Origin: Saprolegnia diclina VS20
Taxonomy: Eukaryota
Length of the DNA stretch: 42,569 nucleotides
Direction of reading: 5' to 3'
NCBI RefSeq assembly: GCF_000281045.1
Contig: NW_008246109.1
Span: 263,491-306,059, forward strand
Position 1 is the stretch's first letter. The number at the start of each line of letters is the position of its first letter. The notes below the pieces were generated by a model that was not told the DNA's origin, ran no database searches, and was given only the letters and a program-made list of their open reading frames with translations. Shown piece by piece: positions 10,130 through 20,697 of this stretch. A program made the translations under genes and the position numbers.

Positions 10130-13100
10130 ATGAGCGTGCGCTGTCCCAGTCCAGGGCGCGCAGTCGCAACTCTACCGCGGCCACCGCATGCAAGTGCGGT
10201 CGCCGCCCGACCCAAATCGTCCACCGCCACGAGCATGCGCATTCGAGATCCCGATGCGACCATGTACCAGACATCCCCAGCGCAGCGCAGCTACAATCAA
10301 TACCCGTTTAAGTCGACTGCGGGGACGTCAACACCGCGACGACGCCACCTCAAGACCCCACCCACCATCTAGTACACATCTCACACCTCGCATGCGAGGT
10401 TCTATGAGTTCTTATAGCTTTCAGCCGACACCAGGACGTGGCAACACGGGGCACTGGACGCAGACACAACGACCCGTGTCTCCAGTGCCTGCGACGCCCG
10501 CCCAGGTCTTACAGCACCTCTCCAACGAAGCCCATCCCGCGGTAGCGCCGTCACGTCACGTGTCGATGAACAACCGGCTTGTAGGTCAAGACGTCCGACA
10601 TGGCCCACGTGCAGGCGTGGTTGACTTCGCTCGAGACGGAAGTGCACTCGTTCACGTCGTACTTTCTCTTTTGCGAGATGAAATTTCGGGAAACCAACGT
10701 CCTGGCGACCGGGAAAGAGACGCCGAACCACTTGCGCACGGCCGTGGCCTTTCACTGCCTCCAGCAAGCCTCGTGCATCTTTGGTCGCTACCAAAGCGTG
10801 CTCGACACCATTTGCCAGTACCCAACGCTCTTGACGTTTAGAGGGCTTATCCACTGGTTTAGGAGTCTGGGCCATGCGATTTACAAGGATTTTGACGAGC
10901 TCTCGGGCCGGGGACAGCCGATTACGGCCACACGCTGCTACGCGGACGGCGTCACCTTCTTTGACCGTAGCAAGGCGCAAGATAGCGAGGCAAACGAGCT
11001 ACGCGACCGTACACTGTCGCGCTTCAGCGATTTTAGAAGCCAAAGATTCGTAGAAATCACGTCCCTCAAGCACGACAAGCGACGTCTGGAACGAAAGCTG
11101 CAGCTCGCTCAGACCACCGTCGAGAACCTCACGAACCGCGGGACAGTGCCCGAGGAGCCGTCGAGTGCCAGCGCCAAAAACGCCAATCGGGACGTCGAGC
11201 AGCTCGGCACAATGGACAAGGTGCGCACGATTCTCAGCATCTTCAAGACACTCGAACCGACGGGCAAGAAAATGGTCATTATTGTCGTTCGATACTATTG
11301 TGCGATATATCCGTCTTTTCATAGATCCTCACCGGGCTCTTGCAGTCGGCCGAGAACCCGTTGGACGCAGATGCCATGGCAGACGTGATCCAGTACATGA
11401 ACCGCGCCGAGGCAGCGAAACTCACATATCATTTGGCGGCCGAGTTTGGTCACTCAGTGTACGAAGTACATTTTTGTGTGCTGATCTGCGTGCGAATGTA
11501 TCGCTTTAGGTCGAGCGTGGTGTCGACCGACCCGCTCAAGGCCAAAATGCAAGTACGTTTGACGTGCTTAGCAAGAATGCGACGCGATATATGGTCGTGT
11601 AGAGCGCGTTCGAGTCCAAGGAGGTCCTCGAAGCCGAGCGGGCGAGCTACGAGCAGCTCATTTTACTACGAAACGAACTGGCGCATGCCAAAGAGACGTA
11701 CCTCGACGACATCCGGCACGAGCGCGACCGCAACGAGATCCTTACCGACGAGCTCAAGGAGCTACTGAGTCGCCAACAAGAACTCTCGCACCAAGCGCCC
11801 CTTAATCGCTCGTCGGTCGAAATGGCGACCCAAACCCACGACGATCCAAGCTCGCCTTCAGCCGCCAGCGGCGTCGTCCGCACGGCTTCTCTTGCCCCCG
11901 TGGTCGCCATCTAGGCCGAGACACGAGAGCCTCATCTTGGGAATCATAGGTGCCCGTGTCTCGCTTCCAAGGCATCTCGGAGCTCATTGCGGACGCCAAC
12001 TTTCTCCCCAAGCACATCAAAAAGATCTTTGCGAAGCGTAAGCCCATGGTCGTCCAAGAGCTTTGCGCGACGATCGCTACCATTTACCAAGCCAAGATGC
12101 TGCAAGACATTGCCGACGACGTTGCCGGGCGAAATCGCGAGTCGCTCATTGAGTTTATGCACGACCTCTACGTGCTCTACCACGGGCTTCGCGGCCTCGC
12201 GATTGGCCAATTCATCTGCATTGACGCCGGCGTGCGGAAATTTTGCGAGGTTTTCCCGGAATTTTGTTGAAAACCAACGTCCAATCGAAAATACGATAGA
12301 GAAATGCACGTGTTCGCGTGTTTGGAATGCTTCTCGGGTCGTCGGCCGGGCCGTGCGCCACGTACAAGTCGATCGGCGCGACGCACCAAGCAGTCGACTT
12401 TTACCTTCACGTCGTCGGTCTCATCTTTCAAAGTACACAAACCCTACCCCTAATATCTACGATGGACCATTCTGTCTAGTTGGCCATTACACGCACGAGA
12501 CGCTGGCCGCAACAAGTGCCGCGCGGGTGCTGGGCCAGCGCCTCGGCGACGGTATCGTTGGCAGTCCGAATGCCACGTCAATCCCGCTGTCGCAAGCGCT
12601 CGACGTCGTTGCGTCGGCGTTTGCGTTTGAGAAAGGCGCGGAAAATGCGTGCTACGCGACACTCAAGCATCGCGGCGACGACGGCATCGAAATCGACGAG
12701 CTCCTCGAGCACGTCATGCGGCACTGGTTCAAGCTCTTCAACGCCCAAGTCGATTTCATGCACACGCTTTTCGAGAGCATGGACCGCGAGCAGAACGGTA
12801 TCATTGAGTTTCCAGAATTTCAGCTCCTCGCAACGCAGCTCGACCCACAAATGCACGAGCGCGACTGCCTCGCCCTCTACTCCAAGATTGCAGGAACAAA
12901 CAACGCCATTGATACCGGCGCGTTCGTCCTCGGCATGGTCCAGCACCAGCAGCGTGTGCTCCAGTCCGCTCGACACGCCCCGCGCCAGCAAATGCCGACG
13001 ACGGAGAAAGGCCATCGGCACTCGGACGTGGGCGTCAAGCCACTGCGGATGCTCCGCCGCAACAGCTTTCACCGATCGTCGTTGACCAAGGTGACCAAGG

Positions 13101-13366
13101 TACGACCGCCCGCAACGGTCGAGCTCCATACAAACATCATTGGCCGATTGCGGTCGCTCTCGCTGCGGGCCGTCGACGCGCCGGTCAAGAACGTCGAGAG
13201 CCGCCCGATCCGCGGCTCCATCTCGAATGAAAACTGGAATGTCTCGATCCACGACATCATTGCGCGCCGCGGGCCAGCGTCAAGTGGTGCGATCGAGGAA
13301 GGCGACGGCGACGAGACCGACGAGACCGACGACAACAACGACGCCGACGACCAGCAAGGTGCCTAA
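10130..13366 (+). CDS. TSNAXIP1-like (translin-associated factor X-interacting) coiled-coil/EF-hand protein, multi-exon
   Basis: TPNHLRTAVAFHCLQQASCIFGRYQSVLDTIC...HAIY resembles the TSNAXIP1 N-domain. Followed by coiled coil, DIADDVAGRNRESLIEFMHD block and EF-hand-like FESMDREQNGIIEFPEF. Several GT-AG introns link the ORF fragments; internal boundaries approximate. Confidence 0.55.
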
Positions 13367-13776
13367 CCTGTACACTCTAGCTACTATTGTCGCGTGGCTG
13401 GCGGACGGCTTTCTGCTCGTTTTAGTTGTTTCCAAAGTTGCATGAACGAACGAGTGTAATGCTTAAGCTTAACAGAGCAATCATCAAAGCAGCGTGGACT
13501 GCAATCACGGAGGACACTCGAGACAGAACCGTAGATCGAGTAGCCGCGAGACAAGTGCAAAGTCGCCGGATATGCGGACCTGGTATGCCCAACAGTGCAA
13601 TACCCTCACCAGTCGGGATCCGACTGACTGTATTCGTCCGGTTGCATAGCCACGCGCGGCCGTTGGCTTGCACTGGGAGACAATGACGCAGTTTCGAAGG
13701 GCGCTGAACCAAGAACGGTCGCTTACAGATTTATAAAGGGTCCTACTACATGTAAACTATTGCTTTGCGAGCGACA

Positions 13777-14070
13777 TTACGCCTGGCGTTGCTTGAACTC
13801 GGTGTACGCTTCTTCGCGCGTGATCGGGTTGAGCTTCAACGTGGCAACCGTGACGCGGTGCGAGCGGAAGGCGGCGCCGTCCTGTTCGTCGCGGTGGAAG
13901 ATCGCGCCACGCTTCTCCTTGGAGAAGGTGACATCGGGGCTGTTGGAGAGGTACCGGACGCCGGCAAAGGTCGACATGGACATGGCGAACGTGATGATGC
14001 CGATGATCGGGTACGTGGCCGGGTCGGAGAACCACGTCTTGATGACAGACTGGGAAGCGCGCGCAGCCAT
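13777..14070 (-). CDS. B12D/NDUFA4-family protein, copy 3
   Basis: MAARASQSVIKTWFSDPATYPIIGIITFAMSMSTFAGVRYLSNSPDVTFSKEKR..., 97 aa. Inr-like TCACTTT upstream. Confidence 0.88.
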   Translation of the reverse strand: MAARASQSVIKTWFSDPATYPIIGIITFAMSMSTFAGVRYLSNSPDVTFSKEKRGAIFHRDEQDGAAFRSHRVTVATLKLNPITREEAYTEFKQRQA

Positions 14071-15171
14071 GGTGGTAGTAGAAGTGTCTTGGTCGAAGCG
14101 AAAAGCAAAGTGAGAGACGCTCGCCAGTGAGTCGGCGGCGGCTAAAGAGACACGCAATGGTGGCGCCAAGAAACGCAATCTACAAAAACACGTCGCGCCG
14201 GATAATGCCGGATAATGCTGGTCGCTCCGGCTGCCACGCGTCAAGGACGCGTGATTTTAGCCATTTTTTGTATCCCGCCCGTGACGACATGGGACGGCCG
14301 CGGCGCTTGAAGGCAAGATCGACATAGACGTGGCGATCTCCCGCGAGTCCGTGCGTGCACACGACGTTTATCAGGACACGGTTTCACGTCGGACGCACGC
14401 AAGCGTTATCGACGGGACCAGTGGCATGGACATGTTGTCGATGTGCAACGGCCGCACGAATGACGACCTTGGTGTCATCAGCGACAACGAGTTGTACAAG
14501 CACCACTGTACATTGTCATCTGATGTTGGACCAATGCACAGTATGTCCTACAATGACGACGCATGCGTCCGGCGTCATCATCCAAAGCATACCGACGTTG
14601 TTTTGGGAGATGGCAAGTCCATTCAAGGTGACTCGAAGTAGACATTTCGGAGCATTAGATGCAACAACCATCGAACATGCAAGCACGGCATAGGTAGAGA
14701 GAATCTACCCGTGAAAAGAAATAGACTAATGTACATCGCAACATGCCTGTGCCTCGAGCGTGTGCTGCTAGCTTGCTATTCGACACTTGTGGACGCAAAT
14801 ATCACGGGCTGTGGACCTGTTCTACCACCCGCTGCGGGGCCGCAAGCCTTCCAGCGATACACCGCACCACTCGACGACGTCGCCATGACCGCCATGACGC
14901 TTCGAAGTGTGCGCTGAATGCTTCACCATGCTTCGATTTGCCTCTGGTAAACAAGCCGTTTACGATCCTGGAGCGCGCGGTGTGCAGTATCCGGATGCGT
15001 GTCAAACCATCGATACAAAGACCGAGTTGAAATTCAAATGCTGCAACATTATCCGGAAGATCGCGCGTAAGCGAGTCGATTACATTGGCGCGGCCGCGCG
15101 TGTCTTTAGATAACCTCGTCGTCGTCGGCTGTACAAGTCGCATTTTCTCTTCTTCCAACGACCTCTTTAAC

Positions 15172-15477
15172 ATGGCGGCGCGCGCAAAGACTTCACTCCG
15201 GGCGTGGCTCTCGGACCCGTCGACGTACCCGATCATTGCGATCGTGTCCTTCGCCGCGAGCATGGCGACCTTCCACGGTGTCCGCTACGTTCGGACGAGC
15301 CCGGATGTGTCGATCAGCAAGGAGCGCCGAAGCGACCTCTTCCACCGCAACGAAGAAGAAGGCAGTGCATTTCGCGCCCACCGCGTGGACCTTGCTCATC
15401 TCAAGTCCAACCGCATCACGCAAGAGAAGGACTTTGCCACGTTTCGCGAGCGCCATACCAGCGACGACGCCAACTAA
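15172..15477 (+). CDS. B12D/NDUFA4-family protein, copy 4 (most divergent)
   Basis: MAARAKTSLRAWLSDPSTYPIIAIVSFAASMATFHGVRYVRTSPDVSISKERR..., 101 aa. Confidence 0.87.
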   Translation: MAARAKTSLRAWLSDPSTYPIIAIVSFAASMATFHGVRYVRTSPDVSISKERRSDLFHRNEEEGSAFRAHRVDLAHLKSNRITQEKDFATFRERHTSDDAN

Positions 15478-15517
15478 CTTTTTTTGAAACATGTACATGT
15501 TGTCTATATTGCGATTA

Positions 15518-16153
15518 CTAGAGGTTGAGGTCGTAGTGCTGGCCCGTGAGGCGGCGGTACGTGTCGTACGCAGCATGGGCCTGCGTTGGGAGCTGTCGGC
15601 TCACGCTTTGGAGGGCAATCTGTCGAGCCACCGATGCGTCAGTCGGGGCAAGGCGCAAGGCGGCTTGGTTGTGTGATAGGGACTCGGACGTGCGCCCGAC
15701 CGCGTCGAGGAGTTTGGCCATGTTGCGATGCACGGATGCGTCGTTCGGAAGGTACTTGAGCGCGTCCTCGCAATGACGAATCGCCTCCTTGTACTCGCCG
15801 CGCTTTGCTTTGACCGCACTCAAGTTGATGTGCGCTGGCCCAAACGATGCCTGCAGTGCGACTGCATTTTGAAGCTGCTCGTACGCATCCTCGAGCTTGC
15901 CAGCCTGCATCAAGGCCAGTCCGAGCTCGTTGTAGTGGGCAGGTCCACCGCGTTTCGTGAGCACCGCCATGCGTGCGACGCGCCCATACTGCTCCATGTC
16001 GCCCTTGGACTTGTAGAGGACCGAGAGGTTGTGCAGGGCCTAGAAGCATTCATGGCAAATAGAACGTCGTCACATGAGGCGTTGTACGTCTTCGTCCATC
16101 GGGTTCTTCTCCAAGCGCCCTTGAAAGTACGCGATCGCATCGTCGCGCTTCAT
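15518..16153 (-). CDS. TPR-repeat protein (2 exons; intron ~16040-16087)
   Basis: AHYNELGLALMQAGKLEDAYEQLQNAVALQ, AHINLSAVKAKRGEYKEAIRHCEDALKYLP and VHRNMAKLLDAVGR are tandem TPRs. GTACAA..TTCTAG intron joins MKRDD..ED|ALHNL. Confidence 0.85.
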
Positions 16154-16390
16154 CGTATCTGACTTGGCGTCACGGACTGCGTTGTCCAAAAGCAATGTCC
16201 TGGCCCTAAATATAACCTCGGCGGACCCGTCAGTCACGCGAACCTGAACCAAGCCACAAACTCATACGACACGCCCTCGCCAACGCGCCGTAGCACTAGC
16301 GGACGTGCAGGCGCAGGACGGCCCAAGCCAAAAAAGAACAGCTAGGGGACCCAGTCTCGACATTATACAACTACGAGCCAATCGAGAATC

Positions 16391-16427
16391 GAGCACAGAG
16401 CACAGAGCACAGAGCACCGAGCACGAG
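16391..16427 (+). repeat. Short GAGCACA heptamer tandem repeat (~5 units, last ones degenerate)
   Basis: gagcaca gagcaca gagcaca gagcacc gagcacg in the TPR/OFD1 divergent intergenic region. Confidence 0.8.
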
Positions 16428-16955
16428 ATCAGTCGCCGCCACCACCACCGCCAACCTCCTTCAGCCGTCAGCCGTCAGTATCAAGATTAGCCAGACCGGT
16501 AGCGCCTCGCCGACGAAATGAAAACCTCCGTGTAGTTTTCAAGCCAGAACATAGGGTAAAAACGTAATTTACCCCAGACAAGAATAAAGCCTATGTGCGT
16601 GGCGTCCTTCGGTATCCCAAGAAGCATATCACGAGTAGCTTGCAGTCGCCTTCTCTTCAAACGTACCACATATCGCGACCAGATCGGCTGCACAGCAAGC
16701 AGGAGAAGCGTGGACGAGTGAGTACCTTTGCAAGGACCATCGTCAACGTAGCATTGACATACGCAGCATGTGGCGTCCTGCGTAGGCTACTTACTACTTC
16801 AACATCCACTCGCACAGGAAAGGGTGGTGAGAGGCACGCGGTAGCTAGCTGGCAGAACAAAATGCATCAACTTCAACCTGCGCGCACGCAACTTTGCGAG
16901 CTTCGATATTTTCCGAAAAATCCGGATACAGGCTTCGAAAAAACGTTGTTGCCGC

Positions 16956-19900
16956 ATGGAAGAGCATGGCGGCGATGGCGCCGGCCTGTCGCTGGACGAG
17001 CTCAAGAGCAACCTCTTCTCGACGCTGCAGAAGGAAGGCGCGATCGACCAGATCCGCGTACGTCGCCTTTGTCATCGTCTAGCTGAGCGTCAGGTAGGTG
17101 CATCTGCGCACGACGTTTGTGCAGAAGCTGCAGAAGCGGGCCGCCACCATGAATGCGTCGACGCACGAGTGCACGCTGCTCGAGAAGGTGGCCAACACGC
17201 TCCTCTGCGAGTACTTGCGCACGAAGCAGCTCAAGCACACGCTCTCGGTGTTTTTGCCCGAAGTCGGCCCGCGCAACTGCGAGCTCGAGCCGGCCATGGT
17301 CGCCAAAATGCTACGACTGCCAACGACACCTGCGTCGCCCGCCGGCCTCCTCGAGATGCTATCGCAGGTCGAGCGTTCAGCGTCGACCTCGACACACGAG
17401 ATGCAGACCCAAACCCACGACGAAGACCGTCGCTACATCCTCGGTACGGTGATGTCCGCGGGCTCTGCCTGACGCGTTACGACGTGAGCTAGAGTCGGAG
17501 CTCCAGCGCATTGACGCCATCTACGTGGCACAGAGCCATGCGCAGAGAGAGCAGCCGGCCAAGTCGTTTGAGGACCGCATCCTCCAGTACCAGCAAGAAT
17601 ACGACCGCATGACCCAAGCCCATGTGGCCCAAGAGGCAACGCCCGACCTCTCGCCACAGCGTCCTCACACGCAAGGTAGATAACTCGCATTCGCGACACG
17701 GAGATCGCCGTCATGCGCGTCGACGAGCGCAAGGCGTATCTGCACGAGATCGAGAGTGTCCGGAGCACGCTTCAGACCGAGTTTACCGCCAAGCAGGCGG
17801 CGTTGGACGAGGCCGAGCGGTCGCTCCATCTCGCGTATCTTGAGAAGCAGCGCGTACGCGTATACCCTTCAGTTGTCTATCGCTGATGCAGCGTAAATAG
17901 CAAGCGGAGCTCGACTTGTTTGAGCTGCGCCAAACACTCCTCAAGGAGATGGACGCCGTGCAGACAAAAGACCGACAGCTCTCGTCGCTCATCGACGACG
18001 AGAGCCGCAAGTGGCAGACGGAAAATCGGCGCCTCACAGTGCTCCAGGACAACGTCGCAGCCCGCGAGGCGCACATGGTCGCGACGATGACGCGTCTCGA
18101 AGAAGACAAGGCCACGTACACGGCGCACTGCGAGCGCGAAGCCGCGGCCCGGGTCGCGCGCCAGCAAGCCGACCTCGATGCCCTATCGGCGCGGCTCGCC
18201 AACGAGACCGAGAGTCTCCGCCGCGCGCAGTCGGAGCTCACGGCGTTCCACTCGAAAATGGCGTCGCTTGAAGTCGACGTCTTGGTACCTACCTCCTTCA
18301 GTTGCATTTGTGTGGACGCGCATGGTAGACACTGCGCGGAGCCGAAGCCGACTTGAAGCTACAACTCGAGCACGCAACGCTCGAGCTCACGCACCAAAAG
18401 CGCCACGCCGCATCGCTCCAGAGCCAACTGCAACAAACAGCAGCCGAGTGTGACAGCGTCCGCGCGCAGTGCAGCTGCCATCTCGAGACCATCGCCCGCC
18501 TTGAGGTACGTTCCAACATTGCGTTTGAGATTTGGGGGCGAAGACGTCGTGCAGCGGGAGGCCAAAGCGGTCACCAGCGTCGCCGATATGCATCGTAAGG
18601 AGCTCGACGACCGCGTCCACGCGCTGCAAACCGAGCTGCATACCGCTCGCGCAAGCCACGTGGCCCTGCGAATGGAGAGCGCCGAAGCGCTCATTGCAGC
18701 AAAAGAGCAGCTGCTCGCTGCCCACCACGCCGACCAAGAGAGCTGGCTCGTCCGCGAGCAGCGGCTTCGGAGCCAGCTGCACGAGCTCGGGGCCAAGTGC
18801 GCCGAGAGTGACGCCGCCGTCGGGCGGTACCGGACGCAGCTCGAGGACGAGCAGGTCCACGTCGCGTCGCTCCGCCACGAGGTCGAGAGCTTGAGCGCGC
18901 TCGTGACGTCGCTCAAGTGTGCCGTGCCAGCGCGCGAGTACGCACCGCGGTCGTACTACGAGCCCCGGGGCACGCAGTGGACGCATCCGCCGTGGCAGGA
19001 GGCCCGTGCCCCGGCCAGCGCACCCCCTCCGCAGCCAGTGCGAGTGCCAGTCGAGACGCGGTACATAGAAAGAGAGCATGAGAAGAGCGAAGCACCGCCG
19101 ACGCTGCATCGTGCCGACGATGACGCATGGCGCAAGCATCAAGAGGACCTCGCGCGGGAAGCTGAGCGGGACCTTCAAGTCCGCGAGCTTGAAGCGCGGC
19201 TCGAGGCCGCAGCGCGCGACGCCGAGGTGGCGCGCTTGGAAGCGCAGCGGCAGCGCGACGAAGAGCGGGCGGCGGACGCGCGCAAAGTTCTCGAAGACCA
19301 GCGAGCGCGCGAGGATGCGCTGGCTACGCAGCAAAAGGCGACCGAAGCAGCGCTCGCTGCGCTTCAGCGGCAGGAGGCGGACCGCGAGCGGGAAGCGCGC
19401 GAGGCGGAAGCGCAGCGAGACCGTGAACGCGCTCGCGAGGCTGAAGCGCAGCGCGATCGAGAGCGTGCGGCACAAGATGCGCTGCGCGAGCAGCTCGCAG
19501 CTGAGAAGGACCGCGTGCTCGCTGCCAAGCGCGAGCTGGAAGCCGCCCGCGAAGCCCAAGTGCGCGAGGCAGAGCAACTGGCTGCGACACGCCAAGAGCA
19601 AGATGCGGCCGACCGCGCTGCGAAAGACGCACGTGAACACGAGGGGCAGCTCGCGGCTGCCCGCGCAGCAAAGGAAGCTCTGGAGCAGCAGGCTGCTCGT
19701 GAAGCATCGGAAGCCCACGCTCGCGAGCTTCGCCAAGCCCAAGACACACAAGACGCGCTGGAGCGCCAGGCCCATGAAGCCGAGGTGCGCCAAGCGGAAG
19801 AGGCCAAGAAAGCATTCGAGCGTGAAGCGCAGGAAGCAACCGAGCGCCAAGCTCGCGAGGCCCAAGCAACCTCCGAGCGTCTTGCCCGAGAAGAGCAAGA

Positions 19901-20582
19901 GGCAGCCGAGCGCCAGGCTCGCGAAGACGAGGAAGCTCGCGTGGCGTCGGAGCACCAAGCTCGCGAGGCCCAGGATGCAGCCGACCTTGCTGCTACCGAG
20001 GCTCGACAGGCGGCGGAGGACGATGCGCGCCGTGCCGAAGCCGATCGGCAAGCAGCAGCGGAGGAAGAGGAGCGGGCGCGCTTGGTCCACGAGGCCCAGA
20101 TAGAGCGTGCGCGACAGGCGCAGGAGGAGGAGGAACTTGATGCGCTCTCGACACAGCACACCCTGGACGAGGACGCCGTGCGCGAGGCTGAAGCGCGCGA
20201 CACCGCGGCGCGCGAAGCTCAAGCGCAAGCCGACGAAGCCGCTCGACTCGCGCAAGCCGCACAGCAGCAGGACACGTCGATCATCGACGAGTACCGGATG
20301 CGCGCGCTCGCACGCCGGGCCGAGCGTCAGCGCCAAGAGGAAGAGGCCAAGCTGCAAGCCGAGCGGGAGGCCCGTGTCGCAGCAGCGGTTCACCGCTCCG
20401 TCACTAGGTGATGCTTATCGTGATTACTAGGCGGCGGAAGAAGAAGAGGCTGGGTTCGAGTCCGACGACGCGCTCTCGGTGGGTGGCGGCGACGATGACG
20501 CAGCGGCCAGGTAGACGTCCATGACCATTTGCTCGGAACTTTCTCATGTAATCGCTCTGGACATAGTGACGAGAGCTTTTGA
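16956..20582 (+). CDS. OFD1: OFD1 homolog (LisH + coiled coils; basal body/centriole protein), multi-exon
   Basis: LDELKSNLFSTLQKEGAIDQIR|VHLRTTFVQKL, LisH ANTLLCEYLRTKQLKHTLSVFLPEVG, RDTEIAVMRVDE and LRQTLLKEMD match recalled OFD1 blocks. Long E/R/A/Q helix; terminal exons give ...DDDAAASDESF* (stop 20580-20582). Confidence 0.8.
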
Positions 20583-20697
20583 CGCCGACGCATGGGGCAA
20601 GACAGGATCATGGTGGCAAATATTGTTAGTGTAGTTTTCTACTATAGTACAAGGGTCTAATACCTAAGGGTTGGTGTCTAGATAGGATGCAAGCGCA

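Noticed and set aside
13747..13754. TACATGTA palindrome (recalled Phytophthora promoter motif)
   Set aside because: Single copy located 3' of B12D copy 3 between convergent genes, not in a promoter.
14330..14917. Short ORFs between B12D copies 3 and 4
   Set aside because: No recognisable homology, weak codon bias, non-ATG starts; treated as intergenic or unidentifiable decay.
16391..16427. GAGCACA repeat as CRISPR- or telomere-like array
   Set aside because: Simple ~5-unit tandem with no spacers, in a eukaryotic context, and not the oomycete TTTAGGG-type telomere repeat.
18387..20393. 668-aa hydrophobic-looking minus-strand ORF
   Set aside because: In-register shadow of the E/R/A/Q-rich OFD1 coil (GAG/CAG read as Leu).
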